Below, one piece after another: positions 9,964-20,693 of a stretch of 64,000 nt of DNA. The notes beneath the pieces were generated by a model. That model was not told the DNA's origin, did no database searches, and saw only the letters and a list, made by a program, of their open reading frames with translations. Every line of letters starts with the position of its first letter. The first letter of the stretch is position 1. The DNA comes from an uncultured virus (IMG/VR IMGVR_UViG_3300042402_007133) (Duplodnaviria > Heunggongvirae > Uroviricota > Caudoviricetes). The DNA lies in IMG/VR virus record IMGVR_UViG_3300042402_007133; one strand, 5' to 3'. Both the position numbers and the translations under genes were made by a program.

Positions 9964-10797
9964 TTATGTGAGTAGGTTGTAATATTCTCTAAAATGCTTT
10001 ATTCTATCAGGAAGTCCTATTGTTCCACCGTTAACCCTCTTTGTTACAGCTGTAACAACATCATCAGATGCACCCTTGTCGCATATGGACCATATTCCAT
10101 TTGAATCAAAGAAAAATGCAGCTGAAGCAAGAGGATACTTTGTTGCAACAAGATCTGGATTTGCAATAACATCTTCTCCTATGAACTGTGCAAACTTTGT
10201 ATAGTTTGATTTTCCTGTGAGCTGAATGTATCCACGGCCCCTAAACTTGAATCCCTCGCCTGTTGATTCATCTCCATTGCCCATTCTACCGCCATAGACC
10301 CTTGAAGCAATCTTTTCTGGTTTACGAGCATATGATTCATTCAGAGATCCAGGAAAATACTTTGGAAATATCTTCTTTAGTCCATCTGCTGAATAATTCA
10401 AGTTTTCTGATACTGCCTTAAATCCAGCGGATTCATGGCCACACTGTGCAAGAAAGTGTGCAAGCCTAAGATTGCTTGTGATATTAAACTTTGCTGCTGT
10501 ATCCGGTATCTGTGCTATCACTGCATCAGGTATGTGGCCTTTCAGTGCTGATAAATTCAATGGTCCTGCATTGCTTATCACAACTGCTGGAGCAGATTCT
10601 GCAACAGCAGTTGCAGCTATGCCCATCTTTTCTAATGTCTTTTGGCCTGCTATTCCATCTGCATCCAATCCATTCTTTTGTTGCCAAGCCTTTAGTGCAG
10701 TCTGTGTTCCTGGCCCAAACTTTCCGTCTGCATTAACACCAAGAGCGGCTTGTAGCTTCTTTACTTCTTCTCCTTCTGATCCTAGTTTTAGTGTCAT
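9964..10797 (-). CDS. Endolysin: peptidoglycan-binding domain plus GH19 domain
   Basis: ADGKFGPGT and ADGIAG PG-binding repeats; HFLAQCGHES, FRGRGYIQLTGKSNY, VTKRVNGG. Confidence 0.92.
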   Translation of the reverse strand: MTLKLGSEGEEVKKLQAALGVNADGKFGPGTQTALKAWQQKNGLDADGIAGQKTLEKMGIAATAVAESAPAVVISNAGPLNLSALKGHIPDAVIAQIPDTAAKFNITSNLRLAHFLAQCGHESAGFKAVSENLNYSADGLKKIFPKYFPGSLNESYARKPEKIASRVYGGRMGNGDESTGEGFKFRGRGYIQLTGKSNYTKFAQFIGEDVIANPDLVATKYPLASAAFFFDSNGIWSICDKGASDDVVTAVTKRVNGGTIGLPDRIKHFREYYNLLT

Positions 10798-10799
10798 TT

Positions 10800-11102
10800 T
10801 TACATGTTATTTTCTGTTGGCTGTTCTGTTGTCTCTTCTGGCTTCTTCTCTTTCTGTATCTGTGTCACCATGTATCCTGCTGCAGCAAGCTCAATACCTG
10901 CCCACATTGCAAAATCTGACGCAGACATTGTTTCAAATTTTGATGTTAGCCAGTGTATCATTCCCCATTGTGCAACAAAGAATGCGATTCCTGACTCAAT
11001 CCTCTTCTTTGAAAAGAAGGAAGGCTTGCTGCTGTACATGTTCATTAACTCTGTAACGAACCATTTGATGCCAGCCCATGCTGACTTAATGTATTTGATC
11101 AT
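10800..11102 (-). CDS. Putative holin
   Basis: 100 aa, two hydrophobic segments, charged tail, directly upstream of endolysin; GATAAATAG at 11126-11134. Confidence 0.55.
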   Translation of the reverse strand: MIKYIKSAWAGIKWFVTELMNMYSSKPSFFSKKRIESGIAFFVAQWGMIHWLTSKFETMSASDFAMWAGIELAAAGYMVTQIQKEKKPEETTEQPTENNM

Positions 11103-11156
11103 GTGGTTGGATTTTTTTACCAGTTCTATTTATCTCTAAAAATCTATTTTTTTATG

Positions 11157-11190
11157 AAAAAAATCCCCTCTATGAAGACATAGAGGGGAT
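11157..11190 (-). terminator. Intrinsic terminator
   Basis: ATCCCCTCTATG-AAGA-CATAGAGGGGAT with T-tract on minus strand. Confidence 0.8.
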
Positions 11191-11217
11191 CGTATGTATA
11201 GCTATAAAGAAATACTA

Positions 11218-14200
11218 TCAATCAACAAAAATACCCATTGTATCCATCCAACCAGCCTGTCTAGCAACTATCCACTGAAGGCCTCTTTTTTGTACTGAGA
11301 AATGATATGTTCCCTTCTTCACAAAACCAGAGAACATGATTTCTTGCTGGCCAATTTCATTCACAGATGTGAGTGTAAGCGGAGCATCAATTCCAACTGA
11401 TACTTCAACAATATTATTCTTAACCACAATACCGTATGGTGAACCTATGTCAATTACGCGACGAACGTTTGCACAGACCGGAACAACTGCAATTTCATCA
11501 GGAATAACATTGATGACAACATAAGATGATGCAACTTTATCAGCCTTATTTATTGTGTAATAAAGGCCATCAACTGTTGATACTGACTTGGAGTAGAGAA
11601 GCGTTTGGAATTCTTTTGTTCCCAAAAATCCATCTACCTGTGGTGTTGTAACCAGATCAATTTCAACCATACCTGAACTGGTCTTTTCATCGATCAGTGT
11701 TGCAGTTGGAAAGTTTGTCTGGTTAATCAATTCAGGCGTGATGATGTTGTTATCATATGTTATACGAAGACGGGCAGATTCAACATTGCCTGAATCAATT
11801 GATTCTGGTCTTGGCTCAAGGAAGAATGATGCCTTTGCAGCCTTACCAATTTCAATGCCCTTATCGCCAACAATGCGGAGTGTTGTTTCTAGATACTTTC
11901 CATCTCCAGTTACATCACCAACAAGCTCATTTTTGTTCAAATCCTCAAATACAATTTGCGTTGAGAACTTGTTGTCTTGGTAAGGAAGACGACCATTCAG
12001 ATTTTGTCCTGCCTTCAGTCCAGCCTTGGTTACTTTATCAGGCGCGAATTCAACATTGAATGTGAATGGAACTGTTGGATCAACTTGAAATGGTTGAAGC
12101 GATTGGCCTTGTGCTGGATTGAACAGAAGATAATCACCGCCTCTGAACTCCTTGAACGTTAGAATCGTTGAGTAAGCAGCATTGCCAACAACTGTTCCGT
12201 TTGTCGTTGTTCCAATCCACGTAATCATGTGGACTGGTTCAACCTTGTTTTCACCTGGAGTTTCGCCTTGAAGCGTTGCAAAGTTTGTATCAAGAACATT
12301 GCCATACAAACGGTATTGTGTCCTAAATACACCAGGCTGTGTTGGCTTGAAGTCAACAAATACTGGTTCATTTGTGAGCCCAGAAACACGGAGAGCTGGG
12401 TTGAATCTAATCGTCTTTGTTCCTGTGTTTGACCAAACAAATGGTTCGTTGCCAACTATGACAAGTGAGTCAACCAACAAGTCCATCGTTCCACCTTCAT
12501 TATTTGTGAGTGGAGCAAACGCCTTTGTGTTCCTATTTGATATGATGATAGGAAGTGTTGTTACAGAATTTACAACCTGTGACTTCCAATCTTGGTCCGT
12601 TATTTCTACCATTGGTTGAAGAGCAATTCCTTCGAGTGTTGACTTTGACTGTCTTACATCTGTTGCAACTCTGTAATCAACCACAAAATCAACACTGAAC
12701 TTTCTTTCGCTCTGGCGCCCATCAGTTTCTGTTGGGGTGAAATAAACATCGATGATTTTCTTATCGTTTGATGTCATGCCATTACGGAGGTCAACTGGTT
12801 CTGTGAAAGAAAAGTATCCAGCATCTGAGCCAACAAGGACTATCTTTTCAATGTATGAAACGGTGTTTCCAAGATTCTGTATTGTTACTTTACCAGCATA
12901 TCTTGTGATTCCCTTTGATTCTTGGTACTTATCAATTACACGCTCAGTCCAGGAGAACGGAGAAACTGAGAGTTGAGCATCTGAGCCACCACCTACCAAT
13001 TCAGAATACAACTTTTCCTTTGTTGCGTTTGTCGTGTAGTCAATACGAAGTTTATGAGTTACCCCAACTTCACCATTTGGTGAATAATCAACATCATACT
13101 TAAATCTCTGGCCGGGTTTTAGTGTAAGCGGCAGTGACTTGATGAGTGTTGAGTTTGTAAAGTGAACATCGCCGCGAGGCTGATACTCAGTAACAATGAT
13201 ATCAGATTGACCAGCATTTAGAAGTTCAACTTGCTTTGTTTGTTTATCCATCGATGGGATAACGCCCCAATTTTGGTCACTAGCATAAAATAGAGGTTCA
13301 TCGCCCTTGATTGAAACAGGAAGAAACTTTAGGTCAACACAATTGATGTTAGCAAGGAGTGTATCCCTTGATGTAGCTTCAGACAGGGCAGTTCCACATA
13401 CTTGTACTTCCTTTGATTCATTTGGACCAAGAGTGACTGTATTTGGTGTTACTGTGAAGTTTGGCTTGCTAAATTTAAGGTCAGTAAGTGTGATTGGTGT
13501 TTGCTGTTTGTTCACAACAACCACTGTTGAACAAATCTTTGCGCCAATAGGATGAGTTCCAAAGTTTACTTCTTTTGGATTAAACTCTAGGTCAATTCCA
13601 TCATAACGAAATTCTTTCTCAATCCAGTTACCTGATCTGGTGATTACACGGATTCTTGCAAATGCAGGTAGCTTCTTATCAATCACATTCAACTTGAATG
13701 GAAATGCCTTATACTCTGTGAGATTATCAACATCTGCTTCAAGAACAAAGTTGTTCTCTTCTTCAACGATGAATGCAAAGAATTGTGCACATGTTGAATT
13801 TTCAGGAAGCAGTTTGACTTTACCATCAACATCACCGCAGACGATTTGGTATTCAATGTCAAGCGAGTCATCACAAGGAATTGAAAGATCAACTGATACA
13901 GGTGTTCCGTATGCGCGGCCTTGCTGAAGACCATCGAGGGAACCATAGTTCCAAGCACACCAACGAACTTTTGGGTCCACTGACTCTATGTAGTGGTCTC
14001 CTGCACCGATAGGTGTACGAATAAATGCATATGGCGTTCCTTGTAATGGCCTAACTGCGCCACCAAAGGCTGATGTAAGTGTTCTTCCATCCACCTTTAT
14101 CTTACCAATTTCAGTATATGTGATTACGATGTTCAAGAAGTTATCCATGCCCTCTGGGGAATGGAATACACCATAGTTTGTCCAACGGTCAACTGATGGA

Positions 14201-15456
14201 ACATATTCCATCATCGGCATACCGGATTCAACTGTTGGATGGCCTTGTGGTGTTTCGTTATTCTTTCTATCAAATGGTAGAAACGCCGGTGGTAATACTT
14301 TTGCATACGCCTTACCATATTGTGTTGCAATAACTGGTTTATCAGATTTCCAATATGTTGCCTCTTGAAGGGTTGTCGCCAAGAACGATTCACCCTTCTT
14401 CAACATGCGTTCCGGTGCAAGACCAGTTCCATCGCTTCTCATGCGATACATCCTTGTACCATCTTCCAATGCAATGAAGCGAACAACATCACCTCGGTCA
14501 TCCTCGATGCCGATCTCTGCGCCCGACTGTCCAACTCCTGAATTACGAAGCGGTGTATACATCGATGGGATCGTTACAAACTCAGTTCCGCTCATCTCAA
14601 TAGGCAACATAGCATCGTGAACGTTATTGCGAATGAAGTGGGCTTCTGTTGCAAAAATGCCTGATGGTGGAAGAACATCAGGGTAACGAAGGATTGCAAC
14701 CTTAGTGTGCCCTGATATTACACCGACTGGTTTATTGGAACGAATGAGAGTTCCTGAAAGGTCCGTCACCCATTCTTTGTTAAAGTTCTCATCAATCTTT
14801 CCCTTGATGAGATATGTTTCACCCTTATCAAGTGTGATCGTTTGCGATTGTCCTTTAAGCGCACCTGGATTATCATTGCCGCCTTCAGTTGCCCAAACAG
14901 GAGTATATGTAACTACTGTGTTATCCCTGCCTGCAATCAAAAGGATCTGTGATGGACGATACTTGTAATCGCCATTCTGGCCATAACGGTCCTGATACAT
15001 GTTTGCAGTATAGTAATTCTTACCCCATGATTCTATTGGAAGGTGACGGGCAAGCTCGCCATTTCCCATCCAAGCCTGGTATGTGGAAACGGATATTGGC
15101 GCCTTACTTGTAACAAGAATGCCATATCCTGCCTTCGTCTGTGAGTTGACATTCATGTAGATTGTTGACACAGAAATCTTGAGGACCTTATTTGCCTCAA
15201 CAGAATACTCTCTGTCCATCCTTGGATTGTCATTTATGCCAGCTGGAGTCTGTACTCTCACCTTTGTTTTCACCTTTGATGAGATGAACAGCTGCATTGG
15301 TTGAGGAAGGGGCTTCTCTGATGGACTTGCCCAGACCTGTGGAAATGCAACCATATATCTGGTTCCCTCTGTGAGATTTAGTTTGTTTTGGGAGTTCTGT
15401 GTGAACCCCGAAACCGTCATTGCAACGAATGCTAGGACGTAAAGCAATTGTTTCAT
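11218..15456 (-). CDS. Large secreted protein: IgGFc-binding-like N-terminal region, repeated Ig-like (choice-of-anchor D/ASH-like) domains, possible degenerate sorting domain
   Basis: Signal peptide from ATG 15456 (MKQLLYVLAF...); LPIESWGKNY, DLSGTLIRSNKPVGVISGH, SDKPV, AYGTP; NFG/NWG...NxG beta-sandwich repeats. Confidence 0.75.
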   Translation of the reverse strand: MKQLLYVLAFVAMTVSGFTQNSQNKLNLTEGTRYMVAFPQVWASPSEKPLPQPMQLFISSKVKTKVRVQTPAGINDNPRMDREYSVEANKVLKISVSTIYMNVNSQTKAGYGILVTSKAPISVSTYQAWMGNGELARHLPIESWGKNYYTANMYQDRYGQNGDYKYRPSQILLIAGRDNTVVTYTPVWATEGGNDNPGALKGQSQTITLDKGETYLIKGKIDENFNKEWVTDLSGTLIRSNKPVGVISGHTKVAILRYPDVLPPSGIFATEAHFIRNNVHDAMLPIEMSGTEFVTIPSMYTPLRNSGVGQSGAEIGIEDDRGDVVRFIALEDGTRMYRMRSDGTGLAPERMLKKGESFLATTLQEATYWKSDKPVIATQYGKAYAKVLPPAFLPFDRKNNETPQGHPTVESGMPMMEYVPSVDRWTNYGVFHSPEGMDNFLNIVITYTEIGKIKVDGRTLTSAFGGAVRPLQGTPYAFIRTPIGAGDHYIESVDPKVRWCAWNYGSLDGLQQGRAYGTPVSVDLSIPCDDSLDIEYQIVCGDVDGKVKLLPENSTCAQFFAFIVEEENNFVLEADVDNLTEYKAFPFKLNVIDKKLPAFARIRVITRSGNWIEKEFRYDGIDLEFNPKEVNFGTHPIGAKICSTVVVVNKQQTPITLTDLKFSKPNFTVTPNTVTLGPNESKEVQVCGTALSEATSRDTLLANINCVDLKFLPVSIKGDEPLFYASDQNWGVIPSMDKQTKQVELLNAGQSDIIVTEYQPRGDVHFTNSTLIKSLPLTLKPGQRFKYDVDYSPNGEVGVTHKLRIDYTTNATKEKLYSELVGGGSDAQLSVSPFSWTERVIDKYQESKGITRYAGKVTIQNLGNTVSYIEKIVLVGSDAGYFSFTEPVDLRNGMTSNDKKIIDVYFTPTETDGRQSERKFSVDFVVDYRVATDVRQSKSTLEGIALQPMVEITDQDWKSQVVNSVTTLPIIISNRNTKAFAPLTNNEGGTMDLLVDSLVIVGNEPFVWSNTGTKTIRFNPALRVSGLTNEPVFVDFKPTQPGVFRTQYRLYGNVLDTNFATLQGETPGENKVEPVHMITWIGTTTNGTVVGNAAYSTILTFKEFRGGDYLLFNPAQGQSLQPFQVDPTVPFTFNVEFAPDKVTKAGLKAGQNLNGRLPYQDNKFSTQIVFEDLNKNELVGDVTGDGKYLETTLRIVGDKGIEIGKAAKASFFLEPRPESIDSGNVESARLRITYDNNIITPELINQTNFPTATLIDEKTSSGMVEIDLVTTPQVDGFLGTKEFQTLLYSKSVSTVDGLYYTINKADKVASSYVVINVIPDEIAVVPVCANVRRVIDIGSPYGIVVKNNIVEVSVGIDAPLTLTSVNEIGQQEIMFSGFVKKGTYHFSVQKRGLQWIVARQAGWMDTMGIFVD

Positions 15457-15491
15457 AGGCGCTTTATTTTTTGGTATCATGTATGTATAAG

Positions 15492-15866
15492 TTAGCTGTT
15501 CTGCTTTTGCTGCATGTAGCACAGCATTATGTTTGCATAGTTCATTATGTCGACCAAAGTATCCTCAATTGACTCATTTTTAACGCTTGGGTCATTGTTT
15601 TCGACCAAATTTCCTATCCTAGAAAGTTTGTCGCACATCCTCACAAGAATGCCCTTTTCAAGAGGAACTCCGACAGATTCACAGAGTCTGAAGTTTCTGT
15701 AAGGATCATCTATTGTTGCGTAATCCTTTGTCTTGCTTATGACAAGATCTAAAGCATTCAGTGAATTGTTGACCATGGCTGATACAAATATGCCACGGTT
15801 CCCTTCCAAAGAACCCAATTTCTCAAATAAAGTTTCACCCTTTGTTACAGTTGTATTATTTACCAC
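15492..15866 (-). CDS. Nucleotide-modification-associated domain 1 (DUF1599-like) protein
   Basis: KTKDYA, GILVRMCDKLSRI, ESIEDTLVDIMNYA. Confidence 0.75.
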   Translation of the reverse strand: MVNNTTVTKGETLFEKLGSLEGNRGIFVSAMVNNSLNALDLVISKTKDYATIDDPYRNFRLCESVGVPLEKGILVRMCDKLSRIGNLVENNDPSVKNESIEDTLVDIMNYANIMLCYMQQKQNS

Positions 15867-16278
15867 TGTTCTTCTCCTTTAGTAATTTTTCAAAATGTAA
15901 AATCTCTTTCAAAGTTTCATCCTCCATAATCTCTATCACAGAATCAAAGTCCTTCTTTGACATCTTGTTGAGCTTCATCCACTCTTGAATTGTTGCCTTC
16001 TCAGGATATTTCTTTGATCCCTGTTTCTCCTTCTTCTTTGTCTTTGTGTACATCCAAGAGGGTGGCTTTGTAAAGAGGCGATTAAGAACATCCTTCCATG
16101 AATCAACAGCAGATGACGATGTTATGTGTCTGTTGTTAAAGAGGTTTGCCTGCATGGGAAAGTTTATTGACATGAACCTGTTGACCATGAAGAAGTTTTT
16201 GCTCTTATCATAGGTCTTGATGTTTTCCCACTTTGAATTTCTATCAAATATCTGTTTCATCAGATCAAATAGATCCAT
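15856..16278 (-). CDS. Clamp loader small subunit (T4 gp62-like)
   Basis: MDLFD, FMVNRFMS, WMYTKTKK pattern; 140 aa. Confidence 0.55.
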   Translation of the reverse strand: MDLFDLMKQIFDRNSKWENIKTYDKSKNFFMVNRFMSINFPMQANLFNNRHITSSSAVDSWKDVLNRLFTKPPSWMYTKTKKKEKQGSKKYPEKATIQEWMKLNKMSKKDFDSVIEIMEDETLKEILHFEKLLKEKNSGK

Positions 16279-17984
16279 TATGCTATCCTCCTTACTTTTA
16301 CTCTTTCTATGAAGGATTTTGGAAGATGTTTTACATCAAGCAGCTGATCAAAACATGAATCAATGATGTATGTTATTGCCCAATCATCCATGCTCCGAAC
16401 GCTTCTTCCTGTTCCCTGTATGATGTTGTTTGCTGTCTTTGCCATGTACTTTTCTGGATACATCTCTAGGAGCTTCTTCATGAACTCATCAGAGACATTT
16501 GGGAATGGGACCTTAAAGAATATCTGAAATCGTGAAAGATCATCGTCAAAGCTTAGGCCTTCCAGAAGAGACGGTCCTATCAACACTCCGTTCTTGCTCT
16601 CTTTAAACCTCTGTATTGCATCTTCCTTCTCAGATGACGTTGAGTATGTTATGAATCTATCTGATGCTGATGAAGAATTAACAATGTCGTTCGCAAGCAA
16701 GAAGCTTGAACTGTGGACTATTCCTCTATCATCGGAGTGCTTTGCTATGATCTTATCACATACCTCAAGGACCTTTGGGAAATTCTTCTCTCGGTTTGCC
16801 CAGTTTAACTTGTAACCTCTGAAGAAGAATATTGGGCTCTTCTCAAGATCAAACTGATTGTCGATCTCTATGTAGTCCCACTTTTCAAGCCCTATGAACT
16901 TTGCGTAGCTCTCTGGGTTTCCAAGAGTCGCGGACATGAAGGTCTTGAATCCAGACTTTTCAAGGAGCGTCTTCTTTATGAGGCCAGATTCATTTAGGTT
17001 TTTGAATGAGAATGTCCTCTCATCCTTTCTATCTGATATCTTAACTAGATCTCTTTCATCCTGTAGGCATTCAAGGTAGTCTTCGATCTTACAATACGTG
17101 TCGCTTATCCGGTCTATGTTTCTCTGTGCTCTAACTATGTGGGCAGGAACCGGCTCTCCAAACTTCCATTTTCTTCCACAGTATTGCGTGAATGAATCCT
17201 TTGTCTTCTTCACCTCAGCAAGCAATGCCTTCAGTGATGCCATTGATCGTATCATGTCTTTTGGATCAGTCGCAGAGCATATTGCATCAACTTCCTTTCT
17301 TACATCTCTTGAGTTGTTTCGCACAGAGGAAACATCTGCTGAATACGCATCGATGTAATCGCTGACAGTTTCTGATATTCTGTGTGATATTCTAGGAGAG
17401 AAGTGGCCCTGGACTATGTCTTGGACCTTGTGTGCTTCGTCAAAGAAACAGAAGTTTCTCTTATCAAACTTTGCCATTGCTCCCTGCTTCTCAAGAACGT
17501 AGTTCAGCTGGAGAAGCCAGTAGCTGTAGTTTAGGAGAGCGGTCTTTGAGTATGCCGCATTGTCCCTCCTTGAAAAGTAGGGGCAATCAGAGTAGCATGG
17601 TATGTCCCTTCCTGATCCCTTTGTTCTGCACTCACCGAGAGATATTGGCTGAAGGTTGACTAGACAGTCATAGTTGTCAAGGCCTTTTATTGAAGGGATA
17701 TTGAAGCCTAACCTATCGATGTCATTCTCATACTGTGTCTGTAGGCCAAGATCTGATGTTAGTATGTAGCCAGTATGGCCCATTGCATTCAGTAGGCTGG
17801 ATCCAACAATCGATATTATGCTCTTTCCAGTTCCAGTTGGGGCATCTATAAGTATTGCACCTGTTGGATTGCTAATCATCGAATTTGCAATCCGCATGAT
17901 CGTTTCTTCCTGGAATGACCTGAACCTGAATCCCTTTTCATAGAGGGGCTTCATTACATCATCTAGCAATGACTGCGGATCCAT
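16278..17984 (-). CDS. DinG/Rad3-like SF2 helicase
   Basis: APTGTGKS, DEAH, SATL, GLSFDDD, KVPFP, QGTGRSVRS; four-Cys cluster after motif Ia. Confidence 0.88.
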   Translation of the reverse strand: MDPQSLLDDVMKPLYEKGFRFRSFQEETIMRIANSMISNPTGAILIDAPTGTGKSIISIVGSSLLNAMGHTGYILTSDLGLQTQYENDIDRLGFNIPSIKGLDNYDCLVNLQPISLGECRTKGSGRDIPCYSDCPYFSRRDNAAYSKTALLNYSYWLLQLNYVLEKQGAMAKFDKRNFCFFDEAHKVQDIVQGHFSPRISHRISETVSDYIDAYSADVSSVRNNSRDVRKEVDAICSATDPKDMIRSMASLKALLAEVKKTKDSFTQYCGRKWKFGEPVPAHIVRAQRNIDRISDTYCKIEDYLECLQDERDLVKISDRKDERTFSFKNLNESGLIKKTLLEKSGFKTFMSATLGNPESYAKFIGLEKWDYIEIDNQFDLEKSPIFFFRGYKLNWANREKNFPKVLEVCDKIIAKHSDDRGIVHSSSFLLANDIVNSSSASDRFITYSTSSEKEDAIQRFKESKNGVLIGPSLLEGLSFDDDLSRFQIFFKVPFPNVSDEFMKKLLEMYPEKYMAKTANNIIQGTGRSVRSMDDWAITYIIDSCFDQLLDVKHLPKSFIERVKVRRIA

Positions 17985-19105
17985 TATGACATCATAGAGA
18001 AAATGTCAGAATCTATTCCACTGTCTTTCTTTGATGAGTATGTCCATTCAGGCTTGATCTCATAGACCTTTGATTCATTCAGATCAAACGATCGTCTTGG
18101 CTGGTCTGTGTTTGAAAGCTGTATCTCATCTGGTATTATCTCTCTGTCAAGATACATCAGCGTTATGTTGTCCAGTATGGATTCAGTGACCTGATCAACT
18201 GTCAACTGCTGCTTTGATATCTCAATTGCTTGTTTTGCAATGCTTGTTCTGAATGATGAATTAAATCGAAGGTCATTCATCACAGCTTCACTGTATCCAA
18301 TGCCATCCATGAGCTTTTCAACCATCCTAGGGGTGAATGAATACGTCCTTTCATTTCCTTCGGAATCCGTCTTCTTCCATTGCAAAGCAGATGGAACATT
18401 GTCTCCTTTATCACCTTCAAAGACTTTGACTATGGAAACCTGGATTGGATCAACAAACTCTTGCTCGTACTGTGAAGATATCTTGTGGATCTTTTCTGCT
18501 GATGATTCTTCTCCCATTGAAAAGAGGTCGTCGATATCAGTAGACCCGTTTGACCAGTCAATCCCATTCAGGTCTTGATGGAATGTGAACTTCCTCACCT
18601 TGAACATTGGGTTGTAAATGCAGACGAGCTCGCCATCATTGTACCTAACGCACTGGTTGAGGTCTCTATCGGATGTGACTATTATTGATGACTCTCCATT
18701 CTCAAGAAAATGCTGAGACCAGAGATAGAGGAGATCATCTGCTTCTGCCCTATGTTCAGATGATACTATGAACCCACATTCTGAGATTACCTCTGCAAAC
18801 TCGTTTGATACACGGTGGAATTCTTCCCAGTTGACCTTTGCTTCATCCTTTACCCTGGTTCCTTTGTATGATATCCTCTCAATGAGATCTTTCCTCCAGG
18901 ACCTAGAATCCTTTGCCCAGATGAGTTTTCCCATCATGGACTTAGGAAATATTGCCACTATCGAGTTTATGTCCTCCATGAGCTTCTTGACAAACAGTGG
19001 AGCATCCTGCTCATTATCAAAGAAGCGGCCAGGCGAATTGTTTGCAAGAGAGAAGAGGTTTCTGTGAAGGAGGAAGCTTGAGTCGAATAATATGTTTATT
19101 GCCAT
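17984..19105 (-). CDS. 5'-3' exonuclease / T4 RNase H-like flap nuclease
   Basis: ILFDSS, SWRK, YKGTR, EADD, SDRDLNQ, GDKGDNVP; start set at ATG 19105. Confidence 0.88.
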   Translation of the reverse strand: MAINILFDSSFLLHRNLFSLANNSPGRFFDNEQDAPLFVKKLMEDINSIVAIFPKSMMGKLIWAKDSRSWRKDLIERISYKGTRVKDEAKVNWEEFHRVSNEFAEVISECGFIVSSEHRAEADDLLYLWSQHFLENGESSIIVTSDRDLNQCVRYNDGELVCIYNPMFKVRKFTFHQDLNGIDWSNGSTDIDDLFSMGEESSAEKIHKISSQYEQEFVDPIQVSIVKVFEGDKGDNVPSALQWKKTDSEGNERTYSFTPRMVEKLMDGIGYSEAVMNDLRFNSSFRTSIAKQAIEISKQQLTVDQVTESILDNITLMYLDREIIPDEIQLSNTDQPRRSFDLNESKVYEIKPEWTYSSKKDSGIDSDIFSMMS

Positions 19106-19193
19106 TTTAACTTTCTTTGAAATTTTTGAAACATCGGCCCGTGTCAACGTATAAAAAACTTATGGGCCCGTTTTTAGTATACCCTATGGTACC

Positions 19194-19946
19194 TTAGGCC
19201 AGCCTCATTGGCTTCCTATCCACGTTTATTTGGTCCAGATCTATTGATACATTGCTGAACCTTATGAGGACCTTCAGCGTTGATATCACATCTCCTTCAC
19301 AATACTTTGCAATCTCTTCATAGTCCTTATCATCCCAGAAGAGCTTTGAAACATGTGCACCAAAGTGCTCAAGCTTTGGGCTTTCCATGCCAAGGCTAGT
19401 TGTCAAAAGGTCCAGACTTGTGTAGCTATGGTTGAATGATCCAAACTTCCAGATGTCCTGTGTGTCAAGTATCCGGACGTCCCATGGCTTCTTTGTTGTC
19501 GTGTCTATGTTTTCATTGGGTTGTATCCTGTTGATGTATGCTCTTCTTGAGAAGAATGGAACATCAAACCCCTTTGCGTTATGCCCTGCAATCCAAGATG
19601 ATTTTGCAAACATCTTATTTGAAGACTCAATTATATCACGCTCGTTCTCGCCCCCAACGGATATGATCTGTATTGTGCTATGTCCATCTTCTTGCTCAGT
19701 GTACATTGCAAATGAAGCATTAACTATTCGCCCAAACTCTGGATAAAGACCTGCATTATTAAAATAGGATTCTTCGTTGCTTGAACACTCAATAAAGCGT
19801 TCATCTCCTGCCTTCTTTCTCTTTTCACATAGTGTGTTCCAGAGGTCAACCATACGAGGATTTGATTCGCCCATCTCGTCAAGCGTCCTGTGTGAGCTTG
19901 TTGTCTCAAGATCGAAACAGACAAGGCCAGAAAAATCTATAAACAT
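19194..19946 (-). CDS. PolB-related stand-alone 3'-5' exonuclease
   Basis: FDLET, PEFGRI, GHNAKGFDVPF, KPWD, SLDLL, YCEGDV. Confidence 0.85.
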   Translation of the reverse strand: MFIDFSGLVCFDLETTSSHRTLDEMGESNPRMVDLWNTLCEKRKKAGDERFIECSSNEESYFNNAGLYPEFGRIVNASFAMYTEQEDGHSTIQIISVGGENERDIIESSNKMFAKSSWIAGHNAKGFDVPFFSRRAYINRIQPNENIDTTTKKPWDVRILDTQDIWKFGSFNHSYTSLDLLTTSLGMESPKLEHFGAHVSKLFWDDKDYEEIAKYCEGDVISTLKVLIRFSNVSIDLDQINVDRKPMRLA

Positions 19947-20073
19947 GCATGCATCCTAAAATGTGTATAAATGGTTATGTGCGTAATATATGCAATTCTT
20001 CTGAAATGATTGCAGTAAACATTAAATATATAGGCTAAATTTAGACTTGTTAAATACTTAAAAGGATTAAGAA

Positions 20074-20640
20074 ATGAAATTATCAATTCTGGTATGTTCT
20101 GTAAACAATCGTGTAAAAACCTTCTTGCCAAATGTGCTTAGCAAATTGACTGAGCAATCAGAAAAATACGATGATGTTGAGATCATAACCCTGGTGGACA
20201 ACAAGAAGATCGTGTTAGGTGATAAGCGAAATATGCTCATCAATATTGCATCCGGAGAATACGTTGTTTTTGTCGATGACGATGATGATGTGTCCCATGA
20301 TTACATAGATACCATATACCAAAGCATCAATGATGGAACTGATGTGGTGACGTTTACGGTAAACGTCTCTCTAAATGAGAGCAAATACAAACCATGCTAC
20401 TACTCAAAGGATTTTATGCATGACTATGACACAGACGATGCATACTATAGGCTCCCAAACCATATTATGTGCATAAAACGCGACCTGTGTTTGCAAACGC
20501 CTTATAGGCCACTGTTGAGGGGAGAGGATGCAGAATTCAGTAGGGAATTGCTTCCAAAAATAAACACAGAAAAGACGGTCGATAAGGTCATATACTTCTA
20601 TAACTTCAACCAACAAACAACAGAAACCCAAAGGGTCTGA
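20074..20640 (+). CDS. Glycosyltransferase family 2-like
   Basis: LSILVCS, KRN, GEYVVFVDDDD, GED; AATATATAG at 20025-20033. Confidence 0.82.
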   Translation: MKLSILVCSVNNRVKTFLPNVLSKLTEQSEKYDDVEIITLVDNKKIVLGDKRNMLINIASGEYVVFVDDDDDVSHDYIDTIYQSINDGTDVVTFTVNVSLNESKYKPCYYSKDFMHDYDTDDAYYRLPNHIMCIKRDLCLQTPYRPLLRGEDAEFSRELLPKINTEKTVDKVIYFYNFNQQTTETQRV

Positions 20641-20693
20641 ATTGTTGCACTGCTTTCAAATATATAGTCTAAATTTAGATAGGTTCAGCAATT

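Noticed and set aside
9192..11056. Long antisense ORFs (188 aa, 194 aa) and similar shadow ORFs throughout
   Set aside because: They lie opposite well-supported genes and show no recognisable motifs
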